DNA of 64,000 bases from Haliotis rubra. Taxonomy: Eukaryota. The translations under genes and the position numbers were made by a program. Below the pieces are notes generated by a model. The model was not told the DNA's origin. It saw only the letters and a program-made list of their open reading frames with translations, and ran no database searches. Location: positions 1,302,001-1,366,000 of the forward strand of contig NW_025767635.1 of the NCBI RefSeq assembly GCF_003918875.1, written 5' to 3'. Shown piece by piece: positions 12,534 through 25,294 of the stretch; position 1 is the stretch's first letter, and the number at the start of each line of letters is the position of its first letter.

Positions 12534-15500
12534 TTATTCACTGACTAAAGAATTCATATGTCGCTGTTTTGACGTTTTGTTTTGTTGTCCGTTTTTAACA
12601 ATATCTGGGAAGTGGTTCTGATCGGCTGGTGCGGAGCCGCGCAGGAGCCAGGACATGACCAAGTCTTGGGATTTACACTCTCCAGGAAGCCGGGGGCGCT
12701 TGTGCGCCACATCTGAGGATGGTTTGGTGGTAAGACTTTCATGTTGCTTTGTTTCAAAGTTATATTTGTGAACACTTTGTCTCACTGTTTTGTCTCTGAT
12801 AGTCCTGGAACTATGACCAAGGTGAACAGGAACCTTGCCACCATGATGGTTTGTTGAGTAAACCAGATCCTGTCGTCTGCTCTGTTTGGAATGCATGAGA
12901 CAAGGTGACGCGCGGATTTGAGGCAAAATATAGGAAGAGTCAGCCTTCAGGAAGTTGGCTCGAGCAACCTGGCTGATGACGTCATTGGAATCCTCGTTAG
13001 GATCAGTGCCATGATCCATCGCACTGAAACATAAGAAGACAAACATTGAACTGAAACATAAGAAGACAAACATTGAACTGAAACATAAGAAGACAAACAT
13101 TGAACTGAAACATACCAAGACAAACATTGAACTGAAACATAAGAAGACAAACATTGAACTGAAACATAAGAAGACAAACATTGAACTGAAACATACCAAG
13201 ACAAACATTGAACTGAAATATAAGAAGACAAACATTGAACTGAAACATACCAAGACAAACATTGAACTGAAACATACCTTTTTATTACGGACATAGTCCG
13301 TAACTTGAAGAACATCATCTGCTGTGTACTAGTATCCGTTATACACTAGTTAGACACACAGCGATTCTCAATCAATCTTGCGTGTTATATTACCATGGTA
13401 TACATCGTTATGTGGACTGGGGTCTCAAACTGAAGATGTTTTGTTCCATCAGGACCATGCACACGTCTACAAGTCTCTTGTTGCCCTGACGCCAAGGCGT
13501 TACTGTGTGTTGGAACTCACTGGACATCCTCCCTATTTACCCAAATCTGAAGGCAGAACTGTCTTGCAGGAACAATGTTAACGACATGTCTGCTGTAGAG
13601 GCCTTTTACAATCACCTTTGTAGACACTCCAGTATCGTTCGCAGAAGTGGGTGGACACTGGAGGAGATTTGGAAATACAGAGAGCCACCACCTAAAACGA
13701 CGCAGTGCATCATAGTCACCCCTCGTACAGTGATTCCGTACAATACAAGCAACAACGGATGTTATGCCGAGACCACAGCCAGTATCTGTGAACAGCACTC
13801 TGTTCTGTACATCTTCACGCAGTATGTACCACCCACTTTCTGTAGACCATCAGTTTACACCCAGGGTATACCAACCACTTTCTGTAGACTATCAGGCGAC
13901 ACGCAGTATATACCAACCACTTTCTGTGGACCATCTGACTACACGCTGTATATACCAACCACTTTCTGTAGACCATCAGGCTACACGAAGTATATACCAA
14001 CCACTTTCTGTAGACCATCAGGCTACACGCTGTACATACCAACCACTTTCTGTAGACTATCAGACTACACGCAGTATATACCAACCACCTTCTGTAGACC
14101 ATCAGGCTACACGAAGTATATACCAACCACTTTCTTTACCAACTATCAGGACTCAGACACGCTGTACATACCAACCACTTTCTGTAGACTATCAGGCTAC
14201 ACGCAGTACATACCAACCACTTTCTGTAGACCATCAGGCTACACGCTGTATATACCAACCACTTTCTGTAGACCATCAGGCTACACGAAGTATATACCAA
14301 CCACTTTCTGTAGACCATCAGGCTACACGCTGTACATACCAACCACTTTCTGTAGACTATCAGACTATCAGGCTACACGCAGTATATACCAACCACCTTC
14401 TGTAGACCATCAGGCTACACGAAGTATATACCAACCACTTTCTGTAGACTATCAGGCTACACGCTGTACATACCAACCACTTTCTGTAGACTATCAGGCT
14501 ACACGCAGTACATACCAACCACTTTCTGTAGACCATCAGGCTACACGCAGGATATACCAACCACTTTCTGTAGACTATCAGACTACACGCAGTACATACC
14601 AACCACTTTCTGTAGACCATCAGGCTACACGCAGGATATACCAACCACTTTCTGTTGACTATCAGACTACACGCAGTATATACCAACCACTTTCTGTAGA
14701 CTATCAGGCTACACGCAGTACATACCAACCACTTTCTGTAGACTATCAGGCTACACGTAATTTGAAACAACTGCCTTCATTTCATAATTGTTACCGCAGT
14801 CATTGTTTATCGGTTGATCGATCATACAATCTTATAATCTAATTTCTTCAATACCCCGACTTATCGATATGTAATCAATTACAGCTTGTATCGGACTACG
14901 ATCTACAGCGGCACACGCCCGGGACTCCGCCAGCCAGTCAGCGAGCACCTTGTGTTGTATGGAGGCGCTGACAGAAGTTGCTGTTGGACTGTCGCTTCCA
15001 GTCAGCTAGACTAAGGCTTAGTCTCTGAATATATATAATTTTGATAGTAACAAACAAGCCCATTTATATTGAAAAGGAGCCCTAGGGAGACCAGAGATTC
15101 AGAACCTGAAGGAAACCTGAGGAAATCTAGACTTGCTTTATTTAGGGCTTTAGCACTGCAGAGAGGGCTTGGCAGTAGGGAAGTAGGGAAATTAATGTGG
15201 TTCAGGGACTGTGAGACAGACTACCAGTCAGCGAGCACCTTGTGTTGTATGGCTGTAGGAGGCGCTGACAGAAGTTGCTGTTCGACTATTCGCTACCAGT
15301 TAGCCTCAGTTCCCAGAGAACAAAAGCTTAAGCTTAGACACGTGGATTCATAGATTGAGAAAGAGAACATTAGATCTGTTAGCGGTATTCATTACTGTTG
15401 ACACACGAGCTACCTTATCTGCTGGACATTGTGTTACTAATAGGGTTAACAGCCAATATAGCATGTAACTTCTTATACATGTTTTCATCATCGTGGAACA

Positions 15501-18500
15501 TATCATGTAGAGTCTGGACAAGACTGTCTGTGTTATATGTGATATGAATGAACCGGATACTAGTATATGACATTGCCCTGTTGTCCATACACGCACGAAC
15601 ACACTGCAAACTCAATCAGTGTTCTGCTTGAAGGATAAATCTCCAATACCACATTCCAAAGCTAGGACAAAAAAGTCAAATCGTTTTGGGGCGCAAGCAG
15701 AACAATGGGGGATAATAAAATTAAGGACAGTTGAAGTAGACGGTCGCCGTGCGTTATGTGAGGGTGATATAAGTGTATATACACAACCAACCTGCCATAT
15801 AACTGCAGCTAGGGCGCCGTCAGGTTGTCAGCTGTTACTGCAGACGTACGCCAAGATACTGGGTTGTTAATCACAGTTCGCATATCTAGGTACTGGGTGG
15901 TTAATCCCAGTTCGCATATACATGTATAGGTGCTGGGTGGTTAATCCCAGTTCGCATATACATGTATAGGTGCTGGGTGGTTAATCCCAGTTCGCATATA
16001 CATGTATAGGTGCTGGGTGGTTAATCCCAGTTCGCATATACATGTATAGGTGCTGGGTGGTTAATCCCAGTTCGCATATACATGTATAGGTGCTGGGTGG
16101 TTAATCCCAGTTCGCATATACATGTATAGGTCCTGGGTGGTTAATACCAGTACGCATATTCATGTATAGGTGCTGGGTGGTTAATCCCAGTTCGCATATA
16201 CATGTATAGGTGCTGGGTGGTTAATCCCAGTTCGCATATACATGTATAGGTGCAGGGTGGTTAATCCCAGTTCGCATATACTAGTACATGAATAGGTGCT
16301 GGGTGGTTAATCCCAGTTCGCATATACATGTATAGGTGCTGGGTGGTTAATCCCAGTTCGCATATACATGTATAGGTGCTGGGTGGTTAATCCCAGTTCG
16401 CATATACATGTATAGGTGCAGGGTGGTTAATCCCAGTTCGCATATACTAGTACATGAATAGGTGCTGGGTGGTTAATCCCAGTTCGCATATACATGTATA
16501 GGTGCTGGGTGGTTAATCCCAGTTCGCATATACATGTATAGGTGCTGGGTGGTTAATCCCAGTTCTCATATACATGTATAGGTGCTGGGTGGTTAATCCC
16601 AGTTCGCATATACATGTATAGGTGCTGGGTGGTTAATACCAGTACGCATATTCATATATAGGTGCTGGGTGGTTAATCCCAGTTCGCATATACATGTATA
16701 GGTGCTGGGTGGTTAATCCCAGTTCGCATATACATGTATAGGTGCTGGGTGGTTAATCCCAGTTCGCATATACATGTATAGGTGCTGGGTGGTTAATCCC
16801 CAGTTCGCATATATACATGTATAGGTCCTGGGTGGTTAATACCAGTACGCATATTCATGTATAGGTGCTGGGTGGTTAATCCCAGTTCGCATATACATGT
16901 ATAGGTGCTGGGTGGTTAATCCCAGTTCGCATATACATGTATAGGTGCAGGGTGGTTAATCCCAGTTCGCATATACTAGTACATGAATAGGTGCTGGGTG
17001 GTTAATCCCAGTTCGCATATACATGTATAGGTGCTGGGTGGTGGTTAATCCCAGTTCGCATATACATGTATAGGTGCTGGGTGGTTAATCCCAGTTCGCA
17101 TATACATGTATAGGTGCAGGGTGGTTAATCCCAGTTCGCATATACTAGTACATGAATAGGTGCTGGGTGGTTAATCCCAGTTCGCATATACATGTATAGG
17201 TGCTGGGTGGTTAATCCCAGTTCGCATATACATGTATAGGTGCTGGGTGGTTAATCCCAGTTCTCATTCGCATGTATAGGTGCTGGGTGGTTAATCCCAG
17301 TTCGCATATACATGTATAGGTGCTGGGTGGTTAATCCCAGTTCGCATATACATGTATAGGTGCAGGGTGGTTAATCCCAGTTCGCATATACATGTATAGG
17401 TGCTGGGTGGTTAATACCAGTACGCATATTCATGTATAGGTGCTGGGTGGTTGTGCCCAGGGGGCGTGCCTGGGCTGTGTTTCATAAGTTTGATAAAGTG
17501 CCTGTATGACTCCAACGTGTAAACAGTTTAACATCAAACCATCAAACCCCCGCAGTGTTGGTTCTAGTTCAGCTCGCTTGTGTCGTTATAACATTGTCGG
17601 ATGAAATATAACTATTTTTGCAGTGCCAAGTGTCAAGTTGTGAAGACTTCAAAGGATCTACGTTCATGGCACAAAGACCTTCAAGAAGTGATGAAGTTCA
17701 AACGTGGAACCTGTGGGTTATGTCCCTTTGTGTGTTGTTTAACACACATATGCTTTGAGGTGTTATAACATAATGCAATGTTGTACATACAAAGCTCGGG
17801 CTAAACTGGTTATACCACAGAGAGTAGTTGGGTTATGTATACTATACGACTGTATAACATAGCATAATGGAACAATACATGGGCTGAATATGTAAACTGG
17901 AATAATCAACACACAATTGAAATCAGTTCGTCGTGTTTATGAAATAGTGTATAGGAACAAACCTACCTTGTTTTACAACGATGGCAGACATGAAAACCCG
18001 TGCTCCTTCACAGGGCGTTTCACGACTGACTAGATCCGAACAACGGCCAAACAAATACTCCAGGCACTACGGCAATACACTTTCATAAACCGTGTTGTGT
18101 AAACACACATATTCACATCGCCACACGCTGCCTGGGGAAATCGATATATATATCCTTTTGTTTTTCAAACGAGATTTAGTTCAAATAGGTTGACTGAAGA
18201 CACACAATTCACCCAACACCTTTGTCTCACTAATGTAGTTTCTGCCTTTTTGACAACATTTGATGTGTGTGAACATAAGCGGGGCTTGTACGCCTCCTCA
18301 AGCCTGTCACACAACCCATAAGGTGGGTTAGCACTGCTGATACCAGCTTGTAGTGTAGTACTCCAGTACTCGCCTGTGTCCAGTATTCCGGTGTCCAGTA
18401 TCCACATACTTATTATGAGCACAGTATTCCAATACTTATCTGTGTGAAGTATTTCAGTACTTATGTATGTCCAGTAATCCAATACTTATCTGTGTCTAAT

Positions 18501-21500
18501 ATTCCGGTACTTATATGTGTCCAGTATTCCGGTACTTATTTATATGTGTCAAGTATTCCGGTACTTATCTGTGTCCAGTATTCCTAGTACTTATCTGTGC
18601 CCAGTATTCCAGTATTCCAGTACTTATCTGTGTCCAGTATTCAGTACTTATCTGTCCAGTATTCCAGTATTCCGTATCTGTGCCCAGTATTCCAGTACTT
18701 ATTATCTGTGTCCAGTATTTCAGTACTTATCTGTGTGTCAGTATTCCGGTATCTGTTATCTGTGTCCAGTATTCCAGTACTTTATCTGTGTCAAGTATTC
18801 CAGTAGTATTTCCAGTATTCCAGTACTTATCTGTGTCCAGTATTCCAGTACTTATCTGTGTCCAGTATTTCGGTACTAATCTGTGTCCAGTATTCCAGTA
18901 TTCCGGTACTTATCTGTGTCCAGTATTCCAGTACTTATCTGTGTCCAGTATTCCGGTACTTATCTGTGTCCAGTATTCCGGTACTTATCTGTGTCCAGTA
19001 TTTCGGTACTTATCTGTGTCCAGTATTCCAGTACTTATCTGTGTCCAGTATTCCAGTACTAATCTGTGTCCAGTTATCTAATCTGTGTGTATCCGGTCAG
19101 TATTCCGGTACTTATCTGTGTCCAGTATTCCGGTACTAATCTGTGTCCAGTATTCCAGTACTTATCTGTGTCCAGTATTTCGGTACTTATCTGTGTCCAG
19201 TATTCCGGTACTAATCTGTGTCCAGTATTCCGGTACTAATCTGTGTCCAGTATTCAGTATTGTGTCCAGTACTTATCTGTGTCCAGTATTCCGGTATCTG
19301 GTACTAATATCTGTGTCCAGTATCTGTTTCCTGTACTATTATTCTGTATTCTGTGTCCAGTATTCCGGTACTTATCTGTGTCCAGTATTCCTGTACTAAT
19401 CTGTGTCCAGTATTCCGGTACTAATCTGTGTCCAGTATTCCGGTACTTATCTGTGTCCAGTATTCCGGTACTAATCTGTGTCCAGTATTCCGGTACTAAT
19501 CTGTGTCCAGTATTCCGGTACTAATCTGTGTCCAGTATTCCGGTACTAATCTGTGTCCAGTATTCCGGTACTAATTTTTGTCCAGTATTCCAGTTCTTGT
19601 CATATTACATGACTGCAGGTATATAGGCACCGTGGATGAACACCTGGTGTCATGTACACCCATTAGGAACTGTATGTCCCTGGGTGCTGCAGCCAGAGCG
19701 ATGTTCCTGGTTGCTGGTATGCTGCTTTAGGTCATGTGACGGTTTGAGTATTTAGCTGGAGCTCTGTCCAGGCTAGCGGAGGTAAATAGGAGTTTACATC
19801 AAAACAGCAACACAATCTTGGTACGTAGACAGAATGTCATATGATGCGAGTGTCATCAATATTTTAACCTGTTGAAATTACAAGTGGGAGCAGGTTATTT
19901 GATACTCTGATATATTTGAATCAATTCAGTGGACCTGGAGAAGCAGCTCAAGTGAGTCCAGACTTACCTGCCTGTACCCCCTTCCTCTTCATCGGGGGGC
20001 CCATGGGGGCCGTCTCGGGGGGCCTCGTCAGGCCGATACATCCCTACACGTCCTCCTTGCTGTTCAAACTACGTCAAACGCTCATGGTACAGAAAGGGCA
20101 AGTGTTCACCCCGCGCTGTATTGTCGTTTGCTTTACGCAAGGATTAGATTTGTAATTTCGACAAGCCTATTCAACGAGTTACGAGGTTGAAGGCAAGCTC
20201 GCATATTTTCCGCCTCTGTGATTATTGCCTATGTAACAGTTTGGTAAACAGTCACCGACGATAATCCACCAGGTCGGCAGGCGAGCAGACGGTAGGTTCC
20301 TTTCTACCAGGGGCCATTTCAAAAGTGTTATAGGGCAGTGACACGAATTCGACAACCCGTTATGGGATATTGTGACCTTCTGGATTGTGGATTCTATTGT
20401 AGATGGAGCATGACAGCCTTAGATCCCTTAGATTGATGGATACTTTGACACCTGTTCCCAGCATGACAGCCTTAGATCCATTAGCCCGATGGATACTTTG
20501 ACACCTGTTCCTGGCATGACAGCCTTAGATCCATTAGCCCGATGGATACTTTGACACCTGAGTTCAGAGCATGACAGACTTAGATCCATTAGCCTGATGG
20601 ATACTTTGAAACCTGTTCCCAGCATGACAGCCTTAGATCCATTAGCCCAATGGATACTTTTTTCCCAGCATGACACCTTAGATGTTCAGAGCATGACACC
20701 TGTGTTCAGAGCATGACAGGCTTAGATCCATTAGCCTGATGGATACTTTGACACCTGTTCCCAGCATGACAGCCTTAGATCCATTAGCCCGATGGATACT
20801 TTGACACCTGTTCCCAGCATGACAACCTTAGATCCATTAACCCAATGGATACTTTGACACCTGTTCCCAGCATGACAGCCTTAGATCCATTAGCCTGATG
20901 GATACTTTGACACCTGTTCCCAGCATGACAACCTTAGATCCATTAGCCTGATGGATACTTTGACACCTGTTCCCAGCATGACAGGCTTAGATCCATTAGC
21001 CTGATGGATACATTAACACCTGTTCCCAGCATGAGAGCCTTAGATCCATTAGCCTGATGGATGCTTGACACCTGTTCCCAGCATGACAGCCTTAGATCCA
21101 TTAGCCTGATGGATACTTTGACACCTGTTCCTAGCATGACAGTTTTAGATCCATTAGCCTGATGGATACTTTGACACCTGTTCAGAGCATGACAGCCTTA
21201 GATCCATTAGCCCGATGGATACTTTGACACCTGTTCCCAGCATGACAACCTTAGATCCATTAACCCGATGGATACTTTGACACCTGTTCCCAGCATGACA
21301 GCCTTAGATCCATTAGCCTGATGGATACTTTGACACCTGTTCCCAGCATGACAACCTTAGATCCATTAGCCTGATGGATACTTTGACACCTGTTCCCAGC
21401 ATGACAGGCTTAGATCCATTAGCCTGATGGATGCTTGACACCTGTTCCCAGCATGACAGCCTTAGATCCATTAGCCTGATGGATGCTTTGACACCTGTTC

Positions 21501-24500
21501 CCAGCATGACAGCCTTAGATCCATTAGCCTGATGGATACTTTGACACCTGTTCCTAGCATGACAGTTTTAGATCCATTAGCCTGATGGATACTTTGACAC
21601 CTGTTCAGAGCATGACAGGCTTAGATCCATTAGCCTGATGGATACTTTGACACCTGTTCAGAGCATGACAGCCTTAAATCCATTAGCCTGATGGATACTT
21701 TGACACCTGTTCCCAGCATGACAGCCTTAGATCCATTAGCCTGATGGATACTTTGACACCTGTTCAGAGCATGACAGGCTTAGATCCATTAGCCTGATGG
21801 ATACTTTGACACCTGTTCCCAGCATGACAGCCTTAGATCCGTCACTGAACACCGATTCAAGAAACGATCCCCTGGTTAGGTTATGTCAGTCAAATCATTT
21901 ATCAAATCTTATCGATATTAAATAGAACGACTGTTATAGAACCCTAAATGAGTTCTGGCAAAATGACTTGTATCATTTATCCAGAATTATGAATACATGT
22001 ACATTAAAAAATTATATTAGTAAATTAATGCCTTGCGTCATGTTCCTGCAAGCCCTGTGGATAGTTTGGATATCTATGACATGAACTAAAGTGGAAGACT
22101 GTAATGACACTTGAAGGGGAGAGTTAAAAACTATGAAAGGTTACATTCGCTTGTCACTTGTGAAACTGTATAAACCAGAAGTAGAAGTCATTTTATTCAC
22201 TGTCGAGCTGTATAAACTAGAAGTAGAAGTCATCTCAATTGCTGTCCACATATATCAACCTTGTTGGTGATGGTCGCTCAGTACAGGACGTCTGGCGACC
22301 CCACTTGCGTTGTGCCCGGTAGGGTCTACTTAATCCATTCCGGACTGTTCTCGTAGAGACCCTACGAAATGGTAACCAGTGGTGCCTCAGTCCACTGCTT
22401 GAGGCGAATGGTTGTTGTAGAGTGAACCTCAATAGTACCCTGTCGTCACGATTTGACGTCACCCTGGGACGTCCCTCGTTGGTTTCCCTGTAGTTTAGAC
22501 CAAACGACTGACAACCGTGTTGTGGACATTCATTGCCCGACCAGTTGCTTTAAAGGATATACCGGAGTTATGCATACCAATAATTTGTCATCTCTGGCCA
22601 TCTGATAATATTCTTCGTAAGTCACAGAAAACATGATTGAACACTGTAACCCATGCCATTCAAATGCCGACATGTGGCATGTACACAAACTGCACCTGAG
22701 TAATTCTGGACATGCGCCACAGGATGTGTCTGGGAGACACATTCCACCAAGTAGACTTGCAATCATTTCTTAAATGAACATTGTTATCATATGTGTCGAA
22801 CATTGTTATCATATGTGTCGAACATTGTTATCATATGTGTCATCATACACAAGCTGAACTTCAACATAGTTAGCGGCCAACACATTTATAGGGGTGCTTA
22901 ACATTTCTCCAGGTGTACATATGTGTCGTAATGGGTGATGCAGTTGGTTAACTCGTGACCTGAACGCTAATGATAGTATCAATTTTCAAAATCCATGATT
23001 GATTGATTGATTGAGTAAATGAGTGAGTGGTCATCGGCGTGACGAGCGAACGCTTTAACCACTTGGCTACCCCACCGCCCCGAATCCATGTATGTATGCA
23101 TTGGTGATACAAATACTATTATATATTGCATTGGTGATACAAATACTATAATATATATCTCTACAACTGTAGTAATATGTAAAGCTACATTCCCGTGCAG
23201 GAAGCAACTTGGCGCGATGCCTGCCCACGTGGGTGTACGGGGGTCACCACTGTGATAAGACCACGTGGACCGAGGTGGTTGGACAGGACCAAACCCTAGC
23301 CTACCCCGGCATCGCAGCCAACAGTGTACAGTATGCCTGTCAACATTCACTAGTCTCCAACCCGATAGAGACAAATCGATGTGGGCAGGGTCCGACAGAT
23401 AGACAGACGCTAATGACATGGGGACATATACACTTGTCGACCGTCAGATCTGTTGATTTAGTTTAGCAGATGATTATAAATGCCATCGTGTTTTAGTTTA
23501 TGGATGGGTTATATATTTTTGACATTTGATCTAGTGTCTAATTATTTTGTTTGTTTTTTTAAAGTTGTACTGACTAGGCACAAAGTATTTTTTCTACAAA
23601 ATGATAACATATAAAACTGATATTTAATGGTTTAATCAACACCAGATGATGTCAACAGATTCAGACTTATATAACACGTTAAACGAGGAGACATTTAGTG
23701 GGTCAACATTTCTCTCCGTCATACCCATCACCGTTAGAGAACGCGTCGTACTGAGAGCCCGTCTGTAGCACTGGTAATGTGCCCAAGAGCACAGGCAGTC
23801 TGTAGCACTGGCAAATGTGCCCAAGAACACAGGCAGTCTGTGACACTGGTACATGTGCCCAAGAGCACGGGCAGTCTGTAGCACTGGTAAATATGCCCAA
23901 GAGCACAGGCAGTCTGTGACACTGGTAAATGTGCCCAAGAGCACGGGGAGTATGTAGCACTGGTACATGTGCCCTATAGCACACCATGCAGGTAGCAAAA
24001 GCAGTGTAAGTCCCCATGGTCCCTAGTATGGTGATCTACCCTCAGTTGTTGGCGATCTATAGCCCATTTTTATTCTGTATTGTCCTAATTTAAAATCCAG
24101 TTTTAAAGAGAGAAGCTAGTTTTATTTCTTGATGCTGTGGTATTCTAGTCGATTTTACTGTCCTTCGATGACAGGTTTGTATAATTTACATGTATTTATG
24201 GTGTATTCTAAACTTGTTTTAGTCACATGGGATATGGCTGACATACTGCTGATGTGACTTGAAACTTTAACTCTCACTCACTCACCCTATAGCACAGGCA
24301 GTCGTTAGTACGGGTAGATGTGCCCTATGTGTCTGTACTACGGGTAGATATAGCACAGGCAGTCGTTAGTACGGGTAGATGTGCCCCTAGTACGGGTAGT
24401 ACAGACAGTCGTTAGTACGGGTAGATGTGCCCTACTTTGACAGGCAGTCGTTAGTACGGGTAGATGTGCCCTATAGCACAGACAGTCTGTAGTACGGGTA

Positions 24501-24962
24501 GATGTATCCTCTAGCACAGACAGTCTGTAGTACGGGTAGATGTGCCCAATAGTGCAGACAGTCTATAATAAGGGTAGATGTGCCCTTTAGTACAGACAGT
24601 CTGTAGTACGGGTAGATGTGCCCTCTGGTACAGACGGTCTATAATACAGATAGATGTGCCCAATAGCACAGACGGGTCTGCAGTACGGGTAGATGTGCCC
24701 TCTGGTACAGACGGTCTATAAGACGGGTAGATGTGCCCAATAGCACAGACAGTCTGCAGTACGGGTAGATGTGCCCTCTGGTACAGACGGTCTATAATAC
24801 AGATAGATGTGCCCAATAGCACAGACAGCCTGTAGTACGGGTAGATGTGCCCTTTAGCACAGGCAGTCTGTAGTACCTGTGCCCTTTCGTGGCATGCTCG
24901 TATACAGAACGAGACAAAGTCGGGCGTCCAGACAGGCCGTGTTACCAGTGTGATTTCAGTGA
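12534..24962 (-). CDS. Putative 3' exons of an uncharacterised gene: 24962-24877, 20068-19968, 13023-12534; 5' part unresolved
   Basis: Canonical AG/GT sites (cctcttcag|..cacag|gtac; gacgtag|..gcag|gtaagt; tgtttcag|). Phases join 1-0-2 into an open frame: TEITLVTRPVWTPDFVSFCIRACHERAQ-FEQQGGRVGMYRPDEAPRDGPHGPPDEEEGGTG-SAMDHG...NSLVSE*. No recognisable domain. Confidence 0.5.
13024..13275 (-). repeat. 27-bp minisatellite made of repeated splice-acceptor sequence (ttcaatgtttgtcttcttatgtttcag on minus)
   Basis: ~9 units ending exactly at the putative exon start 13023. Confidence 0.9.
13430..13682 (+). mobile_element. Mariner transposase C-terminal remnant
   Basis: VLFHQDHAHVYKSLVALT..CVLELTGHPPY..PNLKAELS..NDMSAVEAF resembles mariner HQDNA..HPPYSPDL..LFPNLK. 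Confidence 0.7.
13816..14757. repeat. 42-bp minisatellite (tataccaaccactttctgtagaccatcaggctacacgcagta)
   Basis: ~22 tandem units. Confidence 0.95.
15020..15222 (+). repeat. ~200-bp dispersed repeat with agtct...agact termini, copy 2
   Basis: Homologous to 9198-9386; sits between two copies of a ~75-bp direct repeat (14933-15006, 15224-15304). Confidence 0.75.
15858..17452. repeat. 40-bp minisatellite (ggtgctgggtggttaatcccagttcgcatatacatgtata)
   Basis: ~39 highly homogeneous units. Confidence 0.96.
18374..19594. repeat. 25-bp minisatellite (ctgtgtccagtattccggtacttat)
   Basis: Tandem units with many internal indels. Confidence 0.93.
20408..21841. repeat. 53-bp minisatellite (ccattagcctgatggatactttgacacctgttcccagcatgacagccttagat)
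   Basis: ~27 tandem units. Confidence 0.95.
22300..22917 (-). mobile_element. Tc1-family transposon 5' fragment
   Basis: Minus-strand GRPRVTSNRDDRVLLR..QPFASS..VSTRTVRNGL is the Tc1 GRPR/HTH region; candidate terminus TA|cacctggagaaatgttaagcacccc at ~22917. Confidence 0.7.
22998..23080 (-). mobile_element. tRNA-SINE family A, internally deleted copy
   Basis: Reverse complement ggggcggtggggtagccaagtggttaaagcgttcgctcgtcacgccga followed by a cactcactc/(atca)n tail. Confidence 0.75.
23757..23980. repeat. 38-bp minisatellite, diverged relative of 24285-24886
   Basis: gtctgtagcactggtaaatgtgcccaagagcacaggca x~6. Confidence 0.88.
24285..24886. repeat. 38-bp minisatellite (gtagtacgggtagatgtgccctatagcacagacagtct)
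   Basis: ~15 units; the right end coincides with the putative minus-strand donor at 24876. Confidence 0.9.
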
Positions 24963-25294
24963 CTGAAGAGGCAATGTACAATTAGGACTCAAACGTGTTT
25001 GCTTTATCCAATTCTACTATCGTGTAGCCCTTGCCTTTCTCCACAGCATAGCCATTTAGTTGGCTGCTTCAATGACCCTTTTAGAAGTACTGTGTTGTGG
25101 TGATGTTTGAATGTTGTACACGTGTTGCGCGCCTTCACTACAGCTTGGAGGGACGCGATATGAGGAGTTATGGGCTAGGGTGACAAGTGGGTGCAAGATA
25201 TGAAGGTAGTTAATACAGCACCAAATACGGTTACAGGAATGTGTGTGTGTGGGGATGGGGGTGGGGGTGTCTGGGTGTCTGTTATAATTGTAAG

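Noticed and set aside
15858-21841. Regular 25-53-bp repeats as CRISPR arrays
   Set aside because: Units are contiguous without unique spacers, there are no cas genes, and the context is eukaryotic.
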